36,398 nt of DNA from an uncultured Dehalococcoidaceae bacterium (lineage in GTDB: Bacteria > Chloroflexota > Dehalococcoidia > Dehalococcoidales > RBG-16-60-22), in NCBI GenBank assembly GCA_964460815.1, contig CAYWRT010000005.1:1-36398 (forward strand). The letters run 5' to 3'. The position numbers were made by a program, and so were the translations under genes. Numbering within the stretch: position 1 is the first letter of the stretch; each line of letters starts with the position of its first letter. Positions 24,559 to 33,284 of this stretch are shown here, one piece after another. The notes under the pieces were generated by a model. It did no database searches, was not told where the DNA came from, and worked only from the letters and a program-made list of their open reading frames with translations.

Positions 24559-25287
24559 GTAGGTCGGGGTCTTTCGGTTTGCCATCACGGTACCTCCCTG
24601 GCCGGACCTGATGATGGAGAGGCTATTATCGCCCTCGTTCAGGAGCAAGTCCAGGGCCGAGAGATAAGGTACAAAATCTCCAAAGAGCTGGCGGTACCGG
24701 GGATGGTGATATTCATGGTAACATAGCTCGATGCCATTATCGGCAAATAAATCGTTTTCCTCGATATACCCCCTGGACCCGGGGGGTGAGAGATAGCGCT
24801 CCGCCCCGACCGACTTGCAGATAGCGACCAGAAGCTCGACCTTGTTCCCCTGTATGCCCAGCGAGGAACTGCGTATCAACTCGGTTTTTATGCCGATGGC
24901 CTCTCTGAGCCAGTCAATCAGCTCGATGGTGAGCTCGGCCAGATAGCCGTGTCTCTTCTCCAGGATGGCCGCCAGGCCACCCAGATACCTGCTGAAGAAT
25001 GGCGCTTTGCTGTAGTTATACTGAATAGTCTTGATGTGCTTATCTCCGAAATCGCTGTCTGGCTGGATTTCTACTTCGCATATTTTCTGGGTACGACGCT
25101 GTTTGGTCAGTACCGGCACGGTCAGCAGCAACTCCCCGGAAGGGCTTTTTATCCGGTTCCGCTGCTGCCAGGAACGTTTGTCAAATTGCACGGAATCCAG
25201 AAATACGAAAATATCGCTTTGAGCCATCAGGTCAAAATACCCCAGCCAGGGCAGGTAGGTCGGTTGCATGATTGCAATTGTTTTCAC
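24496..25287 (-). CDS. wbqC: WbqC-family protein
   Basis: The N-terminus (V)KTIAIMQPTYLPWLGYFDLM...FVFLDSVQFDKRSWQQRNRI is the WbqC signature. The ORF-track start at 25335 is TTG and abuts the upstream stop. GTG 25287 or ATG 25269 are more likely starts. The 3' end overlaps wzx convergently by 63 nt. Confidence 0.8.
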   Translation of the reverse strand: MKTIAIMQPTYLPWLGYFDLMAQSDIFVFLDSVQFDKRSWQQRNRIKSPSGELLLTVPVLTKQRRTQKICEVEIQPDSDFGDKHIKTIQYNYSKAPFFSRYLGGLAAILEKRHGYLAELTIELIDWLREAIGIKTELIRSSSLGIQGNKVELLVAICKSVGAERYLSPPGSRGYIEENDLFADNGIELCYHEYHHPRYRQLFGDFVPYLSALDLLLNEGDNSLSIIRSGQGGTVMANRKTPTYLGTALKQTPEKSKFPPAEAP

Positions 25288-25335
25288 GCTTACTCTCAAA
25301 TTATCCTGGTTTGGGGTTGATATAAATAATGCCAA

Positions 25336-26031
25336 TCATTTTTTAGCATACACAAGATACCAGGCATCTCGCTTTGAGTGTTCAAACAGGTCAAACGAAG
25401 CATTCCCCATCTTTACCTCTGAAAAGTGAAGGAACATGCGAGCAAGTTCTTCCTTCGATTCGGCAATATAAAAAGTCAATCCCTGACGATTATCATATTT
25501 ACTTTCTTTCTCAATGAAAAAGGAGCCATTGCCCAGAGGTTTCATCCTGTCAGAAAAAGAGCTGTTAGGGTGCAAGGTCGAAAGAAGAAGCACTCCCCCT
25601 GTCTTGAGAACACGGTGGAGTTCACCAATAACTTTTGAGACTGATTGACGGGTACCGTTATAATGTAGAACATTCCAGGAAACGATAACATCGAAGCTGT
25701 TATCGTCAAAGGGAATCTCCAGTCCCTTAACCGGGCGGAGGTCGACAGATATATCTTTGATTTTGAACAGCTTGTGACCTTCACTGACCAGGTATTCGCT
25801 GATCTCGCATCCGGCGCATTCGTAACCTCTGCTTGCCAAGAAAATCAGGTTCTCTGCGTGTCCGAAGCCATGGTCCATAACCCTTGCTGGTGGCTGTGGA
25901 ACCGGCACATACTTGCCAGAAAACAATCGAATCAGGTTTTCGTCCGGGAATTGTATCCTGGTATGAGGAAACAGCTTTAGGTTCTCCTCCCATACTTGCT
26001 TCGACTTTAAGAATATTTGCTCATCATCCAT
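25336..26031 (-). CDS. Class I SAM-dependent methyltransferase
   Basis: VMDHGFGHAENLIFLASRGYECAGCEIS (motif I plus an acidic residue), FDVIVSWNVLHYNG and LKTGGVLLLS. Confidence 0.85.
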   Translation of the reverse strand: MDDEQIFLKSKQVWEENLKLFPHTRIQFPDENLIRLFSGKYVPVPQPPARVMDHGFGHAENLIFLASRGYECAGCEISEYLVSEGHKLFKIKDISVDLRPVKGLEIPFDDNSFDVIVSWNVLHYNGTRQSVSKVIGELHRVLKTGGVLLLSTLHPNSSFSDRMKPLGNGSFFIEKESKYDNRQGLTFYIAESKEELARMFLHFSEVKMGNASFDLFEHSKRDAWYLVYAKK

Positions 26032-26047
26032 TGTGTATACCTCTTAT

Positions 26048-26962
26048 TTATTCCAGAATGGCATAGCCTATCCCCTCTTTGCCGTAATCATTGCCGTTAT
26101 AGAGCATGTACTTTCTGCCTTTATGCTCAAAGACAAACGGGTATTCTATCATCTCGGAGTCCCAACCTGATTCGGAAACGTCTATTCCAGCTTCATCATC
26201 TTTCCGCTCCCAGATTATGCCGTCTTTGGATTCGGCATAGCCTATTCTGTAGCTCTCTCCTTTATATGAATACCACATTTTATAAATGCTATTTTCCTTC
26301 ATGACGCAAGGGCGAGCCAGGGCATTTTCATCTTTAGACTTGAAGTCTATACATACCACTCCTTTTCTATCCCAGTTGATGCCATCTCTGGATTCAGCAT
26401 ATTTGATATTATATCGGGGCAAATCTTTATTTACCCATTCCACACCAGAGACATACCACATTCTCCATAACTTGCCTTCAACCAATACACATGGAGCCGT
26501 GAGTATTGAATATGGCTCTATATTGGTTCTCTCCAGAAGAGGGGCTTTTGAGAGTCTTTCAAATGTCTTCCCTCCGTCCCGGCTAATGGCGAGGCCAGCG
26601 ATAAGGTGCATTCGTACTGTTGAGCCTTTATTCCAGCCAATATAATATAAGTATTTCATACTTTTGTAGTCGACCAGCCAGGATGGCGTAACACCATTAT
26701 CATCAAAGCAACCCAATACCCCTAAGCCCAGTACCGGTTTTTCGGTAATATATAGAATTTTCTCGGATTCATTTATATCCACTTCTGCGTACCCTATTAA
26801 AGACCTGTTTTGTCTATCCCGCCCTGAAAAATATATTCTATAAAGGTCTTCTCCTGTTCTCTCGGCGCAAGGTATCATCGCATGGGTAACCATCCACTCA
26901 AGGTTTCCTGTTGGCCTAACTATCAAGCCCTTCTTACTCCATTTCACTGGTGATACCTTCAA
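26048..26962 (-). CDS. Glycoside-hydrolase-like five-bladed beta-propeller protein (GH32/43/68-clan-like), function unknown
   Basis: 304 aa with a repeated blade pattern (YRIYFSGRD, YLYYIGWN, WRMWYVSG, YKMWYSY, YMLYNGND). Asp/Glu-containing strands resemble GH43/32-type propellers. The assignment rests on pattern only. Confidence 0.6.
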   Translation of the reverse strand: MKVSPVKWSKKGLIVRPTGNLEWMVTHAMIPCAERTGEDLYRIYFSGRDRQNRSLIGYAEVDINESEKILYITEKPVLGLGVLGCFDDNGVTPSWLVDYKSMKYLYYIGWNKGSTVRMHLIAGLAISRDGGKTFERLSKAPLLERTNIEPYSILTAPCVLVEGKLWRMWYVSGVEWVNKDLPRYNIKYAESRDGINWDRKGVVCIDFKSKDENALARPCVMKENSIYKMWYSYKGESYRIGYAESKDGIIWERKDDEAGIDVSESGWDSEMIEYPFVFEHKGRKYMLYNGNDYGKEGIGYAILE

Positions 26963-26968
26963 TAAAAT

Positions 26969-27661
26969 CTATTCAGGTTTTTTCGGATACTGGGTATTAA
27001 TAAAGTATTTCGTTTTCGAGCTATCTTCTGAATATAACTCTGCGGCTTTGCCTATATAAACGCCCTTCTCCACTGTATTTTTCACGATTGTGGCACCGGC
27101 CCCAATAACACATTCCCGGGCTACGGTAATACCATCCCTGATAGTGGCATTAACCCCGAGAAAGGAGTACGGCCCAATGGTGACATGGCCAGATATAACC
27201 ACATGAGAGGTGATGAAGCAATGGTCGCCGATAACTGAGTGGTGGCCTATGTGATTGCCGCTCCAGATTGTGACATTGCTGCCAATCCTGACGAACGGCT
27301 GAATCGTTTGATTTTCAAATATGAAACAGTTATCGCCTATCTCGGTATCACCCCAATAAACAGACTTTGTAGAAATATAGCTTACCAGCTCGTACCCTTT
27401 ACTTTTGGCGTCTTCATATTTCTCCGCTCTTATTCTGTTTACTTCGCGGTAGCTGAGCGCGATAAACATGCTAAATTTATCAGGTGGATAACTTTTTTCA
27501 ATATCTTCGAATGGAACTACGGGTATGCCCGATAGCTCCTTCTCTCTAATGAATTTTCCATCGGCGGTAAAGGCAGCAATTTCATAGGGGCTATCATGGT
27601 TGAAGTAGAAATGAGCCAGTTGCCCGATATCGCCGGTGCCAAAAATTATCACCTTTTTCAT
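26969..27661 (-). CDS. NeuD/PglD-family sugar N-/O-acetyltransferase (left-handed beta-helix)
   Basis: The N-terminal Rossmann-like MKKVIIFGTGDIGQLAHFYF is followed by hexapeptide repeats (IGSNVTIWSGNHIGHHSVIGDHCFITSHVVISGHVTIGPYSFLGVNATI). Confidence 0.9.
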   Translation of the reverse strand: MKKVIIFGTGDIGQLAHFYFNHDSPYEIAAFTADGKFIREKELSGIPVVPFEDIEKSYPPDKFSMFIALSYREVNRIRAEKYEDAKSKGYELVSYISTKSVYWGDTEIGDNCFIFENQTIQPFVRIGSNVTIWSGNHIGHHSVIGDHCFITSHVVISGHVTIGPYSFLGVNATIRDGITVARECVIGAGATIVKNTVEKGVYIGKAAELYSEDSSKTKYFINTQYPKKPE

Positions 27662-27679
27662 GTCTAACCCTGCCGTGTG

Positions 27680-28681
27680 TTATATCATATTCCAGGTGAT
27701 AGCTTCACCTTTTTCAATATTCTTCTTGGCTTCACTCCCAATCACCACACCCAAAAATTTAGGTTTAATGCCGAGCCCCGGTCGCTTTATTACAACCATC
27801 TCTTTGGTAATCTTGGTACTTGTGGGAATATTGACCTTGGCAAATATGCTGACCCTTCTGCCAGTTTCCTTCTCCTCACGGAGTATCTGCTTGAGTGGGG
27901 AGCCTAAACTCTGCTCAATCTCCCTGATGGCGTGAACCATTCGCTTTAACTCATCCGGCTCAAGGGCATAGGAGTGGTCGGGGCCCTTAAACTTGCGGCT
28001 CAAGGTAAAATGTTTTTCTATGACGCAGGCCCCTCTGGCTACCGCAGCTATGGGTATTTCAATGCCCAGGGTGTGGTCGGAAAAACCCACCGGCAGCTGG
28101 AAAGCCTCTCTCAGGGTATCCATTGCTCTTAGATTAACCTGTTGAGGCCTGGGAGGATAAAGAGCGGCACAGTGTAGCAAAATAACATCTGGATTCCCGC
28201 AGGAATAAATCACCTCAATGGCATCATGGATATCTGCTAAGTCACACATACCCGTGGAGACAAGCATGGGTTTTTTCTTGCAAGCAGCATACCTTAAAAG
28301 CGGCAGGTTGACTGTTTCCGAAGATGCCCACTTATAGGCAGGGACGCCAATATTGTCTAATAGGTCAACTGATTCCTCATCAAAGACGCTGGCTAAAAAG
28401 GTAAGGTTTTTGTTTTTGGTATATTCAGCCAATTCTCCTATCCATTCTCTTGGTAGTTCGCTTGCTTTCATCATAGCAAAGAGAGGGTCATCTTCAGAAT
28501 AGAGATTTTCAGTGCGGTACACTTGAAACTTGACGACATCCGCGCCGCTTTCCGAAGCAACATCAATCAGTTCCCTGGCCTGGTCTAACTTTCCGTCGTG
28601 GTTAGAGCCAATCTCAGCAATAATAAGAGACGGCTCGCCGTTCCCAACCCACCTGCCCCCAACATTAATTTTTTCCTTCAT
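27680..28681 (-). CDS. NeuB-family nonulosonic-acid synthase (PseI/LegI/NeuB-like) with C-terminal SAF domain
   Basis: IIAEIGSNHDGKLDQARELIDVASESGADVVKFQ, GFSDHTLG and IEKHFT are present, plus a C-terminal SAF-like IFAKVNIPTSTKITKEMVVIKRPGLGI. The ATGA start/stop overlaps the upstream gene. Confidence 0.9.
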   Translation of the reverse strand: MKEKINVGGRWVGNGEPSLIIAEIGSNHDGKLDQARELIDVASESGADVVKFQVYRTENLYSEDDPLFAMMKASELPREWIGELAEYTKNKNLTFLASVFDEESVDLLDNIGVPAYKWASSETVNLPLLRYAACKKKPMLVSTGMCDLADIHDAIEVIYSCGNPDVILLHCAALYPPRPQQVNLRAMDTLREAFQLPVGFSDHTLGIEIPIAAVARGACVIEKHFTLSRKFKGPDHSYALEPDELKRMVHAIREIEQSLGSPLKQILREEKETGRRVSIFAKVNIPTSTKITKEMVVIKRPGLGIKPKFLGVVIGSEAKKNIEKGEAITWNMI

Positions 28682-29745
28682 GTCAACAGGCTCCCGGGTA
28701 TCTCCGAAATTATTCTCTCCATGCCTTTCCCGTCAACCATGTTTCTGCCTCTTTTAGCCATTTCCGTACGGAGAGCATAATCTTTCAACAGCCTTTCTAT
28801 TGATTCCTCTATATCATGTTCGTTAATTTCGCTGATAAGACCCAGGTGTAGAGTCGAGCCGCCCCCCTCAAATTCTCTGGTTCTGGCTGCTTCCTGTTCA
28901 AAGTGTGAGATTATGATGTTCGGTGTTCCCGTAACCGCCGTCTCGTATTTGGTGAGCCCGCCACCGGTGATAGCTAAATCTGACCAGAGCATTAATTCAG
29001 CCATATTATGGCTTCCCGTGAGCAATTCGTAGTTACCCTGATAACTTTTTAGAATCTTCTCAAGTTCCTGCCTGGCTGATGCGGCAAAACCTGCCCCGAT
29101 TACGATTCTTATATTCAGCGAGGTCCTGTCCAGTCTCAGCAGGGCTTCAGCTATCTTCATGGTAAGATTGAGCGGGTCACTGCCTCCCATGGTCACCAGA
29201 ATGTTCTGGGCATCTTCCTTTATCCGATGGTTTACTCTGGCGGCTGCTATAAACTCCTGTCTGAAGATAAAGTAGGCAGGGCCGAGGAGTAATTTGGTAC
29301 TGCCATTAGACCTGTAGTTTCTCTTATCGGCTCCATAGTAGGGAATAATCTGGATGTCAAACGGGAAATCTATTTTGATGAGGTCGTCTATGTTAATCAT
29401 GGATATCCGAGCCGCACTCAGCGCCGGAAAGTACCGGCGGTACTCATCCAGAATAGCCAGGTTGTCGGCATGGCTCAGGTCGGTTATCAACAGCTCGGCG
29501 CTGTATTTGGAGACAAACTGCGTGGTCAGTAACGCGTCCCCGGTGAAGCTGCTGTCGCCGGGTATTATCTCCACATCGTACCCGTAATCCCGGATAAGCC
29601 CGGCGACTCGCGGCTCGTAATCTCTGATAACGAATACAGACTTCACTCCCGTTCCTCCCAGGCCCTGAGCGAAGGCCAGGCAGCGCATGATATGCCCTAA
29701 CCCCAGATGGGGAGAACCATCAGCACGAAATAAGGCACACTTCAT
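28678..29745 (-). CDS. PseG/SpsG-like UDP-sugar hydrolase (GT28-C fold)
   Basis: The N-terminus FRADGSPHLGLGHIMRCLAFAQGL is the PseG-type signature. The C-terminal half (ILVTMGGSDPLNL...DLAITGGGLTKYETAVTGTP) is Glyco_tran_28_C-like. Confidence 0.75.
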   Translation of the reverse strand: MKCALFRADGSPHLGLGHIMRCLAFAQGLGGTGVKSVFVIRDYEPRVAGLIRDYGYDVEIIPGDSSFTGDALLTTQFVSKYSAELLITDLSHADNLAILDEYRRYFPALSAARISMINIDDLIKIDFPFDIQIIPYYGADKRNYRSNGSTKLLLGPAYFIFRQEFIAAARVNHRIKEDAQNILVTMGGSDPLNLTMKIAEALLRLDRTSLNIRIVIGAGFAASARQELEKILKSYQGNYELLTGSHNMAELMLWSDLAITGGGLTKYETAVTGTPNIIISHFEQEAARTREFEGGGSTLHLGLISEINEHDIEESIERLLKDYALRTEMAKRGRNMVDGKGMERIISEIPGSLLT

Positions 29746-29767
29746 TACTCGTCTGGCCCCTTTTGCC

Positions 29768-31072
29768 TCAGGTGCGTTTTCGAATCACCGGTTGAACCTG
29801 CCTGCCCTCAAGGTACTTTTCTATGTCACCCTCATCAATAGCCTGCCGGAGAGCCCTCATGGCGTCTCCATAGGCTTCCAGGGTCTGGGCAACGTCCTTA
29901 TCGCTGTGGGAAAAACAGATAACGTGTACGCCTATAGTCAGGACGCCTCTTTTAAGCAATTCCTGCTGAAACAGGCTCTTCATCTCCAGGGACTCCTTGC
30001 CTTCCGTGTCAAAGAAATAAAACCCACTATGGTCCGGCAGGCCAATGCATTTTGTATAATCGAGTAATCCGAATGTTTGAGCCATCTCGTTGTAACCATT
30101 TTTTAGCTTCTCACCCTGCTTCCAGAGATGTTTTATAACGTCCTTCTCCCTCATTTCTTCAATAGTAGCCATCGCCGCTGCCAGAGAGAGGGCTTCACCG
30201 CCGAAGGTGAATGAATAGAAGGCTTCGTTAAACTCTTTCATAATCTCCCCTCTCCCCACCACCGCCGATATCGGCATCCCGTTAGCCATGCCCTTGCCAA
30301 AGGTAGCCAGGTCAGGGGTAACGCCGTAATACTCCTGAGCGCCCCCCAGGGCTATCCTGAAGCCGGTCACGATTTCATCAAAGATTAATATTGCCCCGTT
30401 CTGGTGGGTCAGTTCTTTGACCTCCTGCAAAAAATTATCCCCGGGTTCGGCTATTATAATCGGCTCCATAATCACCGCCGCAATCTCGTCTTTGTTCTCG
30501 GCGAATATCCTCCGCAAGCTCTCGATGTTGTTATACTCAAAGGGAATGGTCAATTCTTTGGTGGACCCGGGGACTCCCTTATTTCTGGTAGTTGTCCCGA
30601 TATACCAGTCCTGCCAGCCGTGATAACCCCCGCAGGCTATCTTTTCCCGGCCGGTATATGCACGCGCCACCCTGACGGCTCCGGCTGTGGCGTCCGAGCC
30701 ATTCTTGCCAAACCTGACCATCTCGGCACAGGGGATAATTTCGACAAGCAGCTCCGATAGCTCGACTTCCAGCGGGTGCATCAGAGAGAAGGTGATTCCC
30801 TCCTCCATCTGTCTCCTTATGGCTTCATCCACACGGGGGTAGCAATACCCCAGGGTTATGGGGCCCAGCCCCATAACATAGTCAATGTAATCGTTGCCAT
30901 CAACGTCTAGGACATGGCTCCCCCGGCCACTTTGAAGATAGACAGGCGCCACGCCCTGCACATACTGGGTGGGGCCTTTACTGAATGTTTGGGTCGCAGC
31001 CGGGATAATCTTCTCTGCCCTCGCCAGATACTCAAAGGATTTCCGCAGGCTCCTTGCTGTAATCTCAGTCAT
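29768..31072 (-). CDS. Class-III PLP aminotransferase (glutamate-1-semialdehyde aminomutase-like)
   Basis: 434 aa with ...GSDATAGAVRVARAYTGR..., ILIFDEIVTGFR and the PLP-Lys context DLATFGKGMANGMP. Confidence 0.9.
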   Translation of the reverse strand: MTEITARSLRKSFEYLARAEKIIPAATQTFSKGPTQYVQGVAPVYLQSGRGSHVLDVDGNDYIDYVMGLGPITLGYCYPRVDEAIRRQMEEGITFSLMHPLEVELSELLVEIIPCAEMVRFGKNGSDATAGAVRVARAYTGREKIACGGYHGWQDWYIGTTTRNKGVPGSTKELTIPFEYNNIESLRRIFAENKDEIAAVIMEPIIIAEPGDNFLQEVKELTHQNGAILIFDEIVTGFRIALGGAQEYYGVTPDLATFGKGMANGMPISAVVGRGEIMKEFNEAFYSFTFGGEALSLAAAMATIEEMREKDVIKHLWKQGEKLKNGYNEMAQTFGLLDYTKCIGLPDHSGFYFFDTEGKESLEMKSLFQQELLKRGVLTIGVHVICFSHSDKDVAQTLEAYGDAMRALRQAIDEGDIEKYLEGRQVQPVIRKRT

Positions 31073-31094
31073 GTGGCGCTACTCCTCGATTAAA

Positions 31095-31844
31095 CTATTC
31101 TTCGGCAAGAACGGATTTCAGATATTCCGGGTTGATAAGGTCTCTATTTGACTCGGCAAGTCCCGGATGCTTATTCAGGAACTCCAGAATATCCCTTAAA
31201 TGAAAAACCTCGCCTTCTTTATACAGGTTCTTGAATATTTCCCTTACCAGTACCAGGTCTCTTTCGTAATCTACTGTCCACCTCATGTGTGACAGGTCTA
31301 CCTCATTTTCCACGGTAAGTGTATTGAAGATTTGAGGATTACCCCAGATATAGGTGGTGACGTACTCTCCCCTCTGGGATTTCTTTCTGGCTTCCTTCCA
31401 GGCCTTCTCCAGCGCCTTGAAGGAAAATACCTCAACATCAAGGCCGTCAGGGTAGCTCAGTCCCTTCCTCACATAGTCGAGTTTGCCCTTACTTCCCCGG
31501 TAAATACCGATGATTTTATCTACCAGCTCAGGGTCGATTAGCGGACAGTCGGCAGTGACCCTGACTATTGTTTCCGCGTCGTATTTTCGGGCTGCCTGAT
31601 AGTATCTATCCAGAACCTCGGTAGCGCTGCCGGCAAAGCTACCCACCCCCATATCCTGGGCCAGCTTCAAGATGGGTTTGTCTTCCTCTCTGTCCGAAGT
31701 AGCGATGACGATTTTATCAATAGAACTTGATTTGCTGAGCCTGTCAACCAGGTGCCATAGCGCCGGTTTGCCCACAATTTCCATGAGCACCTTGCCCGGA
31801 AGCCGGGATGAGCCCATTCTTGCCTGAACGATGGCTACGAGCAT
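31095..31844 (-). CDS. SpsF/PseF-type sugar cytidylyltransferase
   Basis: The N-terminus MLVAIVQARMGSSRLPGKVL and ...RVTADCPLIDPELVD... are typical of the SpsF (CMP-sugar synthetase-like) family. Confidence 0.85.
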   Translation of the reverse strand: MLVAIVQARMGSSRLPGKVLMEIVGKPALWHLVDRLSKSSSIDKIVIATSDREEDKPILKLAQDMGVGSFAGSATEVLDRYYQAARKYDAETIVRVTADCPLIDPELVDKIIGIYRGSKGKLDYVRKGLSYPDGLDVEVFSFKALEKAWKEARKKSQRGEYVTTYIWGNPQIFNTLTVENEVDLSHMRWTVDYERDLVLVREIFKNLYKEGEVFHLRDILEFLNKHPGLAESNRDLINPEYLKSVLAEE

Positions 31845-31905
31845 TCACTCCTCCTCGGACTGAGCCCTGCATATGAGTGCCCTGTCTCTATGTCTGCATA
31901 TTTGG

Positions 31906-32661
31906 TTAAGGCAGTGTGAGAAAAGGCGGCTCGCCCTGAATATCCGCAATCAGCGCCGCGGCTTTTCTTACCTTTTCGGGGTTTCCTTTCAGGAGCAGAC
32001 GGATAGAACCCTCGGCCCCTCCGACACCCCCGGCGGAAACCAACACCGCCTTGGCCCCGGTCAAAATTTCTAAAGCCTCGATTTCGGTTACTATGGTGCC
32101 GCTCAGCGGCACTAGGCGCAAAGGGGCACCTCGCCAGGTAGCCTCATTCTTTTCCAGCTCTTCCTGGATTGAAAAAACATCGGTTACCACGGACTTCTCA
32201 AGCCCTACAGGTAGAACCAGATTTATTTTATGGCGATTTATAGTGTCAATGGTGGCTCCTATGGTACCACCCTTTAACGAACCCATCAGAACGCCAACCA
32301 CCCCTTTTTCATAGTTCAGGGCATTGCCCCCCTTAATGAAGACATCGCCTTCACCCATAGACCGCACGGATTCGACCGCCGAGGTATCAACCGGTTCTCC
32401 ATCTCTTAATACCACATCTCTGGCGGGCGCAGGCAAGCTAGACAACGCCTCCGTTTTTTCAGGTAGCGTTTTTCCCAGGACATAAGCCGTTTTGTCTATT
32501 CTCTTATTTAAAAGCTCTTCGACGACATAGCCATTGGTAGTCCCCTTGGCTACAGTTATCATGCCGTGCCTTAACGCTTTTTTCACTATTTCCAGATTGG
32601 CCACTCCCTTGGCAATTAACCTCTTGGACTCGGCAACCGTCAATACTATAACCTCGGTCAT
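31906..32661 (-). CDS. Conserved-looking protein of unknown function (251 aa) embedded in the sugar operon
   Basis: The ORF has clean coding character. Its start overlaps the upstream GNAT stop by 4 nt (ATGA). Gly-rich boxes are present (FIKGGNALNY, GSLKGGTIG, SAGGVGGAEGS). No family was recognised. Confidence 0.65.
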   Translation of the reverse strand: MTEVIVLTVAESKRLIAKGVANLEIVKKALRHGMITVAKGTTNGYVVEELLNKRIDKTAYVLGKTLPEKTEALSSLPAPARDVVLRDGEPVDTSAVESVRSMGEGDVFIKGGNALNYEKGVVGVLMGSLKGGTIGATIDTINRHKINLVLPVGLEKSVVTDVFSIQEELEKNEATWRGAPLRLVPLSGTIVTEIEALEILTGAKAVLVSAGGVGGAEGSIRLLLKGNPEKVRKAAALIADIQGEPPFLTLP

Positions 32662-33284
32662 GTCATTCTCTCCCGTACCGGGCTTCTTCTATCGTCTACT
32701 TCTATAATAATTCTCTCTATGAATTCGGGTTTTACCAGTTCACCAATTTTTACCTCAACGCTTACGCTATCTGCATTTTCTTCGGTTACCTTAAAACCGC
32801 AGCTTAAGAACGATTTTAAAGAGGGTAAATTATTCTTTTTCACGCCGGCTTCAAATGTCTCCACCCCGCAGAAGTTATTAGCCAGATAGCAGGCCGCCCA
32901 GACCAGGGTCTTGCCGTAACCCTTGCCGCGTAACATCTCGCCAATTATTAAAATCCCTAAAATACAACCGTAGGTATAGCCTACGGCCATTTTAACGGCT
33001 CTGGTTGGGGTGCCTGCCACCGCCAGGTTCTGAATCCCCGCCGTCCCGATTAATTCCGAGTCCAGAAATAAGCCGTATATCGTATCGCCTGGCGATAGCA
33101 AAACCTCTTTGATATAGCTCCGCTGCCACTCGATGTTAATATCCTCAGGCACATTCTCAATCAGCCCCCGTGCCTTCTTCAGGGCGTTGACATAGGACTG
33201 TGAGACATCTTCGGGCGTGAGTGTTCTAAAGATGTATTCGTTATTACGTATGTTGAATTTGAGTTTATTTTCTAGCTTCATCAT
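32658..33284 (-). CDS. GNAT-family N-acetyltransferase (PseH-like position)
   Basis: GTAGIQNL...RGKGYGKTLVWAACYLA...NLPSLKSFLSCGFKV shows the acetyl-CoA-binding R/Q-x-x-G-x-G/A pattern. Its start overlaps the upstream NeuB-like gene by 20 nt. Confidence 0.8.
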   Translation of the reverse strand: MMKLENKLKFNIRNNEYIFRTLTPEDVSQSYVNALKKARGLIENVPEDINIEWQRSYIKEVLLSPGDTIYGLFLDSELIGTAGIQNLAVAGTPTRAVKMAVGYTYGCILGILIIGEMLRGKGYGKTLVWAACYLANNFCGVETFEAGVKKNNLPSLKSFLSCGFKVTEENADSVSVEVKIGELVKPEFIERIIIEVDDRRSPVRERMT

